A DNA stretch of 64,000 nucleotides from Vulcanimicrobiota bacterium (GTDB lineage: Bacteria > Vulcanimicrobiota > Vulcanimicrobiia > Vulcanimicrobiales > Vulcanimicrobiaceae), in contig OY968762.1 of the NCBI GenBank assembly GCA_963695225.1, forward strand, positions 1,856,001 through 1,920,000, read 5' to 3'. Position 1 is the first letter of the stretch; every line of letters begins with the position of its first letter. Positions 1 through 9,800 of this stretch are shown piece by piece. Below the pieces are notes generated by a model, which saw only the letters and a program-made list of their open reading frames with translations, had not been told where the DNA came from and made no database searches. The translations under genes and the position numbers were made by a program.

Positions 1-997
1 GACGCTGCGCATGGGTCCAGCGCTCTCGCAAGCGTTCAACGTGAGCTACACGAAGTACGGTTCGTCCTATCAGACGACCTCGACGCTCCACCTCAACACG
101 CTCACGCAGTATACGACGCGCGGGGCCGATTATAGCCTCACGATCGACAAGACCAATTCGGTCACCCCCTCGAACTTCGACAAGCTGCCCGAACTGCAGG
201 TCACGCCGCACATCTCGCTCGGGCGCTTTCCGATCCAAACGCAGCTGACGCTCGGAGAATACACCGAACAGCAGAACGCGTTCACGACGCAGCGCGCCGA
301 CATGTTCGTCAGCATCCCGGCGTTCTTTCGGATCCTCCACAACAGCGACGTGACCACGAACCTGACGGTGCGCCAAGATCTGTACGGGACCGGCGACGAG
401 AAAGCGTTCGTGACGCAACAGGCCTCGATCTCGACTCCCTTCGGCGACCATTTCGTCAACTCGATCACGTACAACGAACAGAACCCGATCGGCCCCGCGA
501 ACGTCCCGTTCCAGACGCTCGACCGGCTTTCGAGCGGCTCGCACGGCGCCCAGGACGTCCTGCGCATCTACAACAAGGACGTCTACTCGCTCTCGCTCGC
601 GACCAGCACGTTCTTCAACATGCAGGCCCAGCCCGTCAGCTATCAGTTCTCCTCGCGCCCGTCCCCGCGTTCGGCGCTGATCCTCGGCGGCTACTGGAGC
701 CCCGGCCCCGGCAACGGTTTCGGCAGTACGAACGTCCAGCTCTGGACGCCGTTCGGCCGCGGGACCGACATCGCGCTGACCACGAATCTCGATTGGAAGA
801 ACAAGGGGCGGCTCGAGAACAAGAACATCAGCTATCGCAAGATCATCGGCGACTGTTACGATTTTCGCATCAACTACAACGAAGACGTAAAGCAGTTCAG
901 CCTGACCTTCGATCTCCTCGCGTTCCCGAGCCAGTCGGCGAGTTTCGGCCTCGGCCCTAACACGCGGCCGATCCTCCCGCAGAGTTTCGCCTTCTAA
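1..997 (+). CDS. C-terminal part of a probable outer-membrane beta-barrel protein (LptD-like); truncated at window edge
   Basis: Long ORF open from the window start with alternating amphipathic beta-strand pattern (e.g. CYDFRINYNEDVKQFSLTFDL); lnt and an LptC-like gene lie nearby. Confidence 0.45.
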   Translation, partial: TLRMGPALSQAFNVSYTKYGSSYQTTSTLHLNTLTQYTTRGADYSLTIDKTNSVTPSNFDKLPELQVTPHISLGRFPIQTQLTLGEYTEQQNAFTTQRADMFVSIPAFFRILHNSDVTTNLTVRQDLYGTGDEKAFVTQQASISTPFGDHFVNSITYNEQNPIGPANVPFQTLDRLSSGSHGAQDVLRIYNKDVYSLSLATSTFFNMQAQPVSYQFSSRPSPRSALILGGYWSPGPGNGFGSTNVQLWTPFGRGTDIALTTNLDWKNKGRLENKNISYRKIIGDCYDFRINYNEDVKQFSLTFDLLAFPSQSASFGLGPNTRPILPQSFAF

Positions 998-1009
998 GGC
1001 TGCTCCGCG

Positions 1010-1726
1010 CTACGGAGTGTTGAGGATATCGCCGCCGTCGATGGAGGCACCCTGGTTCGAGGGCGGCGTGATGCCGGCGGGGCGCGGTGGAAGGACCGAG
1101 TCGTTCTCCGTCGCCGTATCGACCGTGAGGGCGAACGAGGTGTCGGTTGCGCCGAAGCCGAGCGCATCGAGCGGGATCCCATTGCGATCGGTCGTGATGA
1201 AGTTGATGTTCCAGTAACGCAGCGAGTCGGCGGTGGCCGAGGGCGTCGGGGTGCTCCCCGGGCCCGGCGTCGGCGCGGTCGGCGAGGCGATCGCGAACTG
1301 CGCGCGATCGAACGTCAACGTGAACTCGGTGTTCGAGCCGTTCGTGTTCACTTGCAGCGTGGTGAACGGGGAGACCGGGATCTGGCGGTACGAGAGCCCC
1401 GACGACGATCCCGGGACGAGATAGTACTGCAGCAGCGTCGGCGACGCCGTCGAGCCGCCCGTCGCCGCGCCCACGACGAACGCGAACGAGTAGTTCGTGA
1501 ACGTCGTCCCATAGCCGTTGGCATACGGCTCGGCGCCGTTCCCCGTCGTGTTGAAGACGATGAGATAACTGACGTTGTTGAAATCCATCGGCTTGACCGT
1601 CCGGTAGCGGATGACCATCTTGCCGGCGAGGTTGCTCGGACCGGTCGGATCCGGCGTCACCTGCCGGCCGCACGCGACGGCGACGGCGATCAACAGCGCG
1701 AAGAAGAAGACGGCGGGGAGGCGCAT
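1010..1726 (-). CDS. Hypothetical lipoprotein
   Basis: Signal peptide with lipobox (IAVAVAC), Ser/Thr/Pro-rich beta-type body. Confidence 0.7.
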   Translation of the reverse strand: MRLPAVFFFALLIAVAVACGRQVTPDPTGPSNLAGKMVIRYRTVKPMDFNNVSYLIVFNTTGNGAEPYANGYGTTFTNYSFAFVVGAATGGSTASPTLLQYYLVPGSSSGLSYRQIPVSPFTTLQVNTNGSNTEFTLTFDRAQFAIASPTAPTPGPGSTPTPSATADSLRYWNINFITTDRNGIPLDALGFGATDTSFALTVDTATENDSVLPPRPAGITPPSNQGASIDGGDILNTP

Positions 1727-1788
1727 TCGCGCCGTCTTAACCGGACGAGGAGCGAAGTCCCATCGCCGCGGCGAACCGATAGGCCCTA

Positions 1789-3363
1789 GTGAACACCGGA
1801 TCGAGCGTCGCTCCGAACGAAACCGCGCCGAATCCGCCCCGGGTCGATCGCCTCGCCGCAGCCTCGCGCCGCCCAGTGCCTTTACCGGCCGCGGGCGGGA
1901 TCGCGACCTTGGGGGCGCTTGCGATCTCGTTCGCGTTCCCGAAAACCAACCTTGCGTACCTCGCGCCGCTGGGCTTGATCCCGCTGTTCTGGTCCTGGTT
2001 TCGATGCACGCCCGCCCAAGCGTTCGCGATCGGCTGGGTCGCCGGAACCGCCTATTTCTGCGCCGTCCTTTCGTGGGCTGCCGAGACCGCGGGCGCGCTC
2101 GTCGCGCCGTACGGTTTCGCGCTCGTCCTGGCGCCCGCGGTCATCGAGGGCGCGTCGTTCGGCGCGGCGGGCGCGTTGGCGGCACTCGCGCTGCGGCGCG
2201 CGCCGGGTGCGCTCGCGCCGCTCGCCGCAGCCGCCGCGTTCGCGTTATGCGAGTGGTTCCGTTCGACGGGGCCCCTCGGCGCGCCGTTCGGGAATCTCTC
2301 GTACACGCAAGCCGGCGGACCGTTCGCCCCACTCGCCGCCTTTGCAGGCTCCTTCGGCGTCACGTTCGCGCTCGCCGTTGCGGCCGCGTACGTCGCCGCG
2401 CTCGTGCCTCCGGCGTGGTCGTTCGCCGCGCTGCGCAACTGCACGGTCGCGCTCGCGGCCGTGGTCGCGAGCACCGCGCTCGCCTGGTGGGCGTGGCCCG
2501 CTCGTACGCTTCCCGCAGGCCCGGGGACCTCGGTCGCGGTCGTCCAGGCGAACATACGTCAGAGCCTCAAGTGGGTGCCCGGAGCGGCGCCGCTCGCGGT
2601 CGAACGGAACGTCTCGATGACGGAGCAGACGGCCGCTGCGAAACCGCTCTTCGTCCTCTGGCCGGAGACCGTGATCCCGCTCGATTTGAACGCGGATCCC
2701 GAGTTGATGCACCGCTTCCGCGAGCTCGCCCGCTCGCAGAACACGACGCTGATCGTCGGCGCGCGCCAAGCCCGCCGGTCGGCGGGTTTCAATGCGCTCT
2801 ATTTCTTCACACCGGACGGAGGCCTCGCGAACGTCTATCGCAAGCGCCAGCTCGTGCCGTTCGTCGAGACGCTCCCCGCGCCCGATCTGCTCGGGAAAGT
2901 CCCGGGCGCCGAGCTCGTCTCGCGCTTCGGCGAGGGCGATTCCGACGGCGTGCTGCGCATCGGAAACCGGATCGTGGCCCCGCTGATCTGCTGGGAATCC
3001 GCATTCACGGATCTCGCCGTCGAAGACGTGCAGAACGGCGCCGACGTCCTCCTGGTCTCCACGGACGATGCCTGGTTCGGCACGACGGCGGGGCCCTACC
3101 AGCACGCCCAGATCGCGCAGATGCGCGCGATCGAAACCGGCGCGTGGATCGTCCGCGCGGCGGCGACCGGGATCAGCGGGATCATCGCGCCGGACGGCCG
3201 CTACACGGCCGCGACGCAGTTGGAGACGCAAACCGTGCTCACCGGCGAGATCGGCGCGCGCGTCCCGACGGCGTACGCACGTTTCGGTTCGTTCCCGGTC
3301 GCGCTCGGGTTCGCGCTGATCTACCTCGGCGCGCTCCTCGTTCCCAAGCGGCGCGCGGCGTGA
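1789..3363 (+). CDS. lnt: Apolipoprotein N-acyltransferase
   Basis: N-terminal multi-TM region; nitrilase triad motifs WPET, YRKRQLVPFVE, LICWE; QHAQIAQMRAIE. Confidence 0.95.
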   Translation: MNTGSSVAPNETAPNPPRVDRLAAASRRPVPLPAAGGIATLGALAISFAFPKTNLAYLAPLGLIPLFWSWFRCTPAQAFAIGWVAGTAYFCAVLSWAAETAGALVAPYGFALVLAPAVIEGASFGAAGALAALALRRAPGALAPLAAAAAFALCEWFRSTGPLGAPFGNLSYTQAGGPFAPLAAFAGSFGVTFALAVAAAYVAALVPPAWSFAALRNCTVALAAVVASTALAWWAWPARTLPAGPGTSVAVVQANIRQSLKWVPGAAPLAVERNVSMTEQTAAAKPLFVLWPETVIPLDLNADPELMHRFRELARSQNTTLIVGARQARRSAGFNALYFFTPDGGLANVYRKRQLVPFVETLPAPDLLGKVPGAELVSRFGEGDSDGVLRIGNRIVAPLICWESAFTDLAVEDVQNGADVLLVSTDDAWFGTTAGPYQHAQIAQMRAIETGAWIVRAAATGISGIIAPDGRYTAATQLETQTVLTGEIGARVPTAYARFGSFPVALGFALIYLGALLVPKRRAA

Positions 3364-3893
3364 AGCGCGCGCTCGTGCTGGGCGGCATCGCGCTCGCGCT
3401 GATCGTCGCCGTCGGCATCGTTCTCGTGGGTCGCGACGAGACGACCTCCCCGCCCGATACGTCGGTCACCTTCGGAAAGGGCCACGCCGAAGGCCGCCGC
3501 ATCGCGACGCGTTCGTGGTCGTGCGATTACGACAAGATCGTCGCGAACGGCGATCAATCTCTCCTGGAAGTCGAGGGCGTTCGCAACGGCGTGATCTACC
3601 GCGAGGGCAAGCCTTACTTGCACTTGACCGCGCAACACTTGACCGCAAACATGCTCACGCACGACTTCACCGCGCACGGGAAGCTGCACGTCGAGAGCGC
3701 CGATCCGAAGAAGCGGCGCGCGTTCGAGACCGATACGCTCGTCTGGAGCGAAGGCGCTCAGACGCTCAGCGTCACGAGCCCGCTCACGTTCTATACGGAT
3801 TCCGGCGAGCCGCTGCACATCGACAGCCTCGTCTTCGACGTCCGCGCCGAGACGCTGCACCTCGGCAAGACGGAAGGCTCGGTCAAGCTGTGA
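3360..3893 (+). CDS. LptC-like membrane-anchored periplasmic protein
   Basis: GTG start overlapping lnt stop (GTGA); single N-terminal TM then beta-jellyroll-like sequence (FETDTLVWSE). Confidence 0.55.
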   Translation: MKRALVLGGIALALIVAVGIVLVGRDETTSPPDTSVTFGKGHAEGRRIATRSWSCDYDKIVANGDQSLLEVEGVRNGVIYREGKPYLHLTAQHLTANMLTHDFTAHGKLHVESADPKKRRAFETDTLVWSEGAQTLSVTSPLTFYTDSGEPLHIDSLVFDVRAETLHLGKTEGSVKL

Positions 3894-5482
3894 TCGGGAC
3901 GATCGTCGAAGGCGCGCGCATCTACGACGGGATCTCCGCGACCCCGCGCGAGACCGATCTCGCGATCGTGGGCGACCGCATCGCGCTCGTAGGCGATCTC
4001 TCCGAGCGGGAGGCGCTCGAACGCATCGACGGCCGGGGCCGCTGCTTGACGCCGGGCTTCATCGACGTCCACTCGCACAGCGATGAACTCTGGCTCGTCG
4101 ACGGCCGCTGCGAGGGGAAGATCCTCCAAGGCGTGACGACGGAGATCGCCGGAAACTGCGGGACGAGCGTCGCGCCGTTGCGCGGCCTCGCGCTCGAGCG
4201 AAAACTCGAGGACGTGCGCCGCTACGGCTTCGCTCTCGAATGGGACGATCTCGATACGTTCTTCACGCTCGTCGAGCGCTCGGGCGTCGCGCTCAACGTT
4301 GCGACGCTCGCCGGGCTCGGCACGATCCGCCGCGCCGTGCGGGGCGATCTCGCAGGCCCGCTCGAAGAAGCCGAGGCGAAGGCCGCGCGCGCGCTCGTGC
4401 GCGAAGCAGTCGATCACGGCGCGCTCGGCGTCTCGAGCGGCCTCGTCTACACGCCGGGACGCTTCGCCGATACGGCCGAACTCGTCGCGCTTTGCGCCGC
4501 CGCGCGCGAAGCCGGCGCCCCCCGGTACGCGACGCATCTGCGCGACGAAGGCGACCGCTCGATCGAGGCGGTCGAGGAGGCGCTCGAGATCGGCCGCTCG
4601 GCCGAAGTCGCGGTGCAGTGTTCGCATCACAAGGCCTGGGGCAAGAAGAACTGGGGGAAAGTGCACCGTTCGCTCGAGCTGATCGCTCGCGCGCGCCAAA
4701 GCGGCTTGCCGTGCGCGGCGGACGTCTATCCGTACGTCGCGGCCCAGACCGAGCTCGCGACGATCCTGCCGGCGCAGTTCGCGAGCGGAGGGCGGGAAGC
4801 GACGCTCGCGCGCCTGCGCGATCCCGAGATCGCGCTCGCGCTCTCGCTTCGGCTCGAACTCGAGCGCGGCGACGCCTGGCACGACATCCTGATCTCCTAC
4901 GCGGGGAGCGGCCGCAACGAAGAGTTCGCCGGCGAGCGCCTCGACGAGATCGCGCGGCGCAAGCGCCGTAAGCCGGCCCGCGCGGCGATCGACCTCCTGA
5001 TCGAGGAGAAGCTCGACGTCGAAGCGATCTTCTTCGCGATGTGCGAAGACGACGTGGCGACCGTTCTGAGCGCGGAGTTCAGCGCGATCGGCAGCGACGC
5101 ATCGGCTCGCGCGCTCGACGGGCGCACGGCGCGCGGGGTCCCGCATCCGCGCACGTTCGGCACGTTCCCGCGGGTCTTCGGCCGCTTCGTGCGCGGGCGC
5201 AAGACGCTCGAGCTCGCCGAAGCGATACGGCGCATGACCTCGCTCCCCGCCGAACTCTTCGGCCTCGCCGGGCGCGGGCGGATCGTCCCGGGAGCGTTCG
5301 CAGATCTCGTCCTCTTCGATGCGGAGACGATCGTCGACACGGCGACGTACGAGCGGCCGTACGCGTATCCGCGTGGAATCGACGGCGTCTGGGTGAACGG
5401 CCGCGCGGTCGCACGCGACGGAAAGCCCACCGGAGAACGCCCCGGCCGCGCGCTGCGCGGCGGGCGTGCGAGCCTCGGATGA
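3890..5482 (+). CDS. N-acyl-D-amino-acid deacylase (amidohydrolase family)
   Basis: PGFIDVHSHSD, GVTTEIAGNCG, GSDA, PHPRTFGTFPR motifs; GTG start overlapping upstream stop. Confidence 0.9.
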   Translation: MIGTIVEGARIYDGISATPRETDLAIVGDRIALVGDLSEREALERIDGRGRCLTPGFIDVHSHSDELWLVDGRCEGKILQGVTTEIAGNCGTSVAPLRGLALERKLEDVRRYGFALEWDDLDTFFTLVERSGVALNVATLAGLGTIRRAVRGDLAGPLEEAEAKAARALVREAVDHGALGVSSGLVYTPGRFADTAELVALCAAAREAGAPRYATHLRDEGDRSIEAVEEALEIGRSAEVAVQCSHHKAWGKKNWGKVHRSLELIARARQSGLPCAADVYPYVAAQTELATILPAQFASGGREATLARLRDPEIALALSLRLELERGDAWHDILISYAGSGRNEEFAGERLDEIARRKRRKPARAAIDLLIEEKLDVEAIFFAMCEDDVATVLSAEFSAIGSDASARALDGRTARGVPHPRTFGTFPRVFGRFVRGRKTLELAEAIRRMTSLPAELFGLAGRGRIVPGAFADLVLFDAETIVDTATYERPYAYPRGIDGVWVNGRAVARDGKPTGERPGRALRGGRASLG

Positions 5483-6141
5483 ATCTCGGCGATCTGGAAC
5501 CGGCCTGGCGCGACGTCCTGCTCGCGCAAGCGCGGCGCGCGGCCGTCGCGCGCAACGACGCGCTCTATCTCCCCGGCGACGTCGCGCGTTACGTGTACTT
5601 CGTGATGGCCGGGCGGGTGAAGATCGTCCGGACGCTCGCCTCCGGCGCGGAGACGATCGTCGCGATCCGCAAGCCCGGCGACGTCGTCGGAGAGTTCGGT
5701 TGGATGTTCCCGGAAAACCGGCGCGAAACGAGCGCGATCGCACTCGATCCCGGCGAAGTCGCGATCCTCGACGCGGCCCAATTCGAGCGCCTGCTGCTCG
5801 CCGACGTCCTGCTCGCCTGTGCGTTCGCGCGCGGCATCGCGCGCCGCCTCGACGCGCTCGAAATCGAACTGACCGAACTCGCGGGGAAGAGCGTCCCCGG
5901 CCGGCTCGTCGACCTCCTCGGGCGCTTGGCTGCCGAACACGGCGAGTTGGAGGCGGACGGGACCGTGCGCATCGGCATCAACCTCACGCATCAAGATCTC
6001 GCCGACCTGATCGGGACGAGCCGCGAAACGTTGACCCGCGAACTCGGCGTCCTCGCCGACGTCGGGCTCCTACGCGTCGCGCCCCGCTCGATCGTCCTCG
6101 TCCAGCCGCGCGCCTTTCCGAACGCGAGGCGGCGCGATTAG
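5479..6141 (+). CDS. Crp/Fnr family transcriptional regulator
   Basis: cNMP-binding domain (GDVVGEFG...RETSAIA) and HTH LTHQDLADLIGTSRETLTR; ATGA overlap. Confidence 0.92.
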   Translation: MNLGDLEPAWRDVLLAQARRAAVARNDALYLPGDVARYVYFVMAGRVKIVRTLASGAETIVAIRKPGDVVGEFGWMFPENRRETSAIALDPGEVAILDAAQFERLLLADVLLACAFARGIARRLDALEIELTELAGKSVPGRLVDLLGRLAAEHGELEADGTVRIGINLTHQDLADLIGTSRETLTRELGVLADVGLLRVAPRSIVLVQPRAFPNARRRD

Positions 6142-6722
6142 CCGGCTCGCGCCGGTTCGCGCTTCGAGCGGAGGTACAGCCACGCCCGGCGCGCGAGCGA
6201 GACGATGAACACGGTCAAAACGATCGCGACGAACGCGCCGAGGATCGGAACGAAGAACGAGATCGCGACGCCCGCGAGCGCGATGCCGTCCTCGATCACG
6301 CTGAGGATCGGGTTGCCGAGGCCGAACGTCATCGCCGTGGAGGCGGCGCGCGCCGTCGCCGATGCGGTGTGGATCCCGAGCGCGTTGCCGGCGCCCAGGA
6401 ACATCGCCGTGTAGAGTCCCGCATCGGGCGTCCCGGCGGGGACCGCGCTCCCGACGAGGATCGCCGCCGCCAGCGGCTTCGTCGCGAAACTGATCGCGTG
6501 CAGCGCGTTGTCGACCGCGGGGATCTTGTCGGCAAAGAATTCGAGCGCCGCGAGCCCCAGGAGCGTCCACATCGTGCCGTCCGCGCCGAGCCAAGCGAAC
6601 GGCGCGGAAGGATGCAGGTAGCCGAAGTGAACCGCGATCGCCGCCAGCGCGAGCGTCATGAACGCGCGCAGACCGACGCTCGTGCTCAGTGCGTAGGCCG
6701 TCGCAAACTGATTACCATCCAC
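6138..6722 (-). CDS. DUF4126-like membrane protein
   Basis: GLRAFMTL, EFFADKIPAVDNALH, NPILSVIED motifs; start placed at GTG 6722. Confidence 0.8.
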   Translation of the reverse strand: MDGNQFATAYALSTSVGLRAFMTLALAAIAVHFGYLHPSAPFAWLGADGTMWTLLGLAALEFFADKIPAVDNALHAISFATKPLAAAILVGSAVPAGTPDAGLYTAMFLGAGNALGIHTASATARAASTAMTFGLGNPILSVIEDGIALAGVAISFFVPILGAFVAIVLTVFIVSLARRAWLYLRSKREPARAG

Positions 6723-6850
6723 GAGCCAACCTCGCTTTCGGACCGGCGGCGCCGGGTGCCGTTCCCGGCCTTCTCCGCACTCCAATACCGCGTTCCCAGG
6801 TCTTGAGTTGCAGGCCGAAACGGCGACGCGGGCCGTTTCGTTCTCCGGGC

Positions 6851-9800
6851 ATGGGACGCATCGCTCGGCTCGCCTTCATCGTGGCCTTGGTGGCGCTCGC
6901 GGCGGCGGCGGCCGGCGCGCAAGTCAGGCGCCCGTGGGTGATGCCGTGGTACGGCGGACCGCTGACGTTCACGCCGGATCACCGCGTCGTCGTCCCCGTC
7001 ATGGCGGACCGGCCGCGCGGCGTGACGGGGAAGCTCTTCGTGCTCGATCCCGCTCTCGCGCGCCGCACGGCGCTCGAGGCTCGCCCGCCCACGGCCGCCG
7101 AACTCGCCACGCTCGCACCGCTACGTTCCGTCGTGAGCGCGATCGACACGTCCGCCGCGGACGGGCGCGGGCACCGCATCGATCTCGGCTTCCTGCGCGC
7201 CGGGCGGTATGCGCTCGCGCTCGACGCGGACTCCGGCGGTCCGGCTTCGATCCAGACGATCGACGTGACGACGCTCGGGATCCTCGCGCACTGGACCGGG
7301 ACGCGGCTCGTCGCGTTCGCCGTCGACCTGCGGACGCTCCGCCGCCGCGGGGACGTGACGCTCGACGCCGGAACCGCCGACCGGCGGCAGACGGCGACCT
7401 TCGACCGCGACGGCCTCGTTTCGCTCCCGTTGCCGACGGGGACCTCGACGGGGAACGCGACGCTCTTCGCCCGCGCCTCCGACGGTTCGCTCGCGGCGGC
7501 GTCCGTGTGGAATCCCAACGTCACGACGCCGGCCGAGGTGGGCTTCGTCCAGACGGACCGGCCGATCTATCGCCCGGGGCAGACGATCTCCTATCGCGCG
7601 ATCCTCCGCTCCGGGGAGCCCGGCTCGTTCGCCCTCGGGCAGGGGAACCGCGCCGTCACGCTCGTCTCGCAGACGACCGGCGCGACGCTCGCGAAGGCCG
7701 AACGGCCGCTGACGGAATTCGGAACGGTCAACGGCGACCTGCGCCTCCCCGACGACGTGCCGCTCGGCCTCGTCCAACTTTCCGTCGGCGCCGCCTCGAC
7801 GACGTTCGCGGTCGAAGCGTACAAGAAGCCGGAGTACGTGCTCGACTTCGCTTCGGCGCAAGGCACGGTCGTGGGCGGGACTACCGCGCGCTACGCGCTC
7901 TCCGCGGCGTATCTGTTCGGGCGGCCGGCAGGCGGGATGACCGTGCACTATCGCGCCGTGCGCGAAACGATCTATCGCTGGTGGGGCGGCCCGTGGCGCT
8001 TCGCCGACTTCCATCCGTTCCCGCCGAACGTTCCGCCGGAAGTGCTCGGCGAAGGGACGCTGCAGACGGATCCGGCAGGGCGCGCCACGATCGAGATTCC
8101 GACGAAGCCGCTCGATTCCGAGGCGCGTCTCGTATTGCAGATCGATGCGCGCGACGATTCCGGGCGGACGGTCGGCACGCAAACGACGAGCGCGCTCGTC
8201 CCGGCCTCGTTCGCGCTGACGCTGCAGACGCCGGCAACCTTCGTGCGTCGCGGCGAGCCCGCCGAGCTTTCGCTCGCCGCGCGCGATTACGACGGCAAGC
8301 CGCGGGCGGGCGTCCCCATCGAGGTGACGTTCTCACGTCTCGGAATCGGAACGCCGGAGAACGAGCCTTCGCCGCAACCCGAACGCGCGACCGTCCGAAC
8401 CGACGAGAAGGGGAACGCCGTGCTGCATTGGCGCCCCACGGATCCCGGCTATTACACGATCGTCGCGAACGCGTTCGACGAAGCGGGGCGCCGCGTCGTC
8501 GCGCGCGGCTCGCTCTGGGTGACGGCCGAGGGCGTGGGGCCGGCCTATCGATTCGACTCGGTCGCGCTCGCCGGGCAGAAGGAGAGCTACGCTCCGGGTG
8601 AACGCGCGCGCCTGCTCGTGACCTCCCCCGTCGCACACGTCGACGCCCTGCTGTTGATCTCGAACGGGCGCGCGCTCCAAGCGCGTTCCGTGCACCTGGA
8701 AGACCCCGTCACCACGCTCGAAGTCGCGGCACCGCTCGACGCGGCGCAATACTCCGTCACGCTCGAGATTCCGACGGCGAGCGGCTCGCCGCTGACGGCG
8801 ACCGCACTCTTGAAGGTCGCTCCCGCCCCGCGCGAACTGCACGTCGCGCTCGCGCCGGGGAAAGCGCAGTACGCTCCGGGCGAACGCGCGCGCTTCGACG
8901 TCACCGTGCGCGACGGCGCGAACCATCCCGTCCGCGCCGAGATCGGCCTCGCGGTCGTCGACGAGGCGATCTTCGCGTTACGCCGCGCGAACGCACTCGA
9001 GCCCTACGACGCGTTCTACCGGCAGCCCGTGCAGCAGCCGTATCCGGCGGTCTCCTGGACGAACCTGAACGATCCGTACCCTGCGTATCCCGTCTCCCCG
9101 TTATTGTTCGAAGGCGTCGCGCGCACGCCGGCGGGGGCGGTGCACGCGGTGCTCAAGAGCGCGGCGCCGCCCGGTGCCGCGGCGAACGGCCTCGACTTCA
9201 CCGATCTGCGCAGCGACTTCCGCGATACCGCGTATTGGACGCCCGCGCTCGTGACCGGCAGCGACGGGCGCGGCCACGTCGAGTTCGCGTGGCCCGATTC
9301 GCTGACGACGTACGACGCGAACGCCGTCGCCGTCACGACTTCGACCGAGATCGGGAGCGGCTCCGCGAAGGCGCTCGTGACGAAGGACTTCTTGATCCGG
9401 CTCGAGGCGCCGCGCTTCTTGCGGCGCGGCGACCGGTCGGAAGCCGCCGTCATCGCGCACGGCGCTCCCGGCGCGTCTTCCGCGGCGGTACGCTTCGCCG
9501 CGCCCGCGCTCGGCGTCCCCGACGCGCGCGGCGAGATCGCTTTCGACGCGCTGCTCGGCGGAACGAAGCGCTTCGACGTGCGCGCGAACGATCTCGGTTT
9601 GGCGCTCTTGCAGGCGACGGCGACGAGCGGCGGCCTGCGCGACGGGATGGAAGTGCGCTTGCCCGTGGAAGCGGCGGGCGCCGCCGAGCACGAGCGCGCG
9701 GCGGGAAGCCTCCCGAACGATACGCGGCTCGACCTGCGCTTGCCGCCCGGCTACGAACCCGGCGATCTGCGCCTCGAACTCGCCCCGAGCATCGTCGCCT

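Noticed and set aside
8586..8893. Repeat tacgctccggg(t/c)gaacgcgcgcgc within A2M
   Set aside because: Encodes the YAPGERAR motif of two paralogous MG domains; ordinary internal protein repeat.
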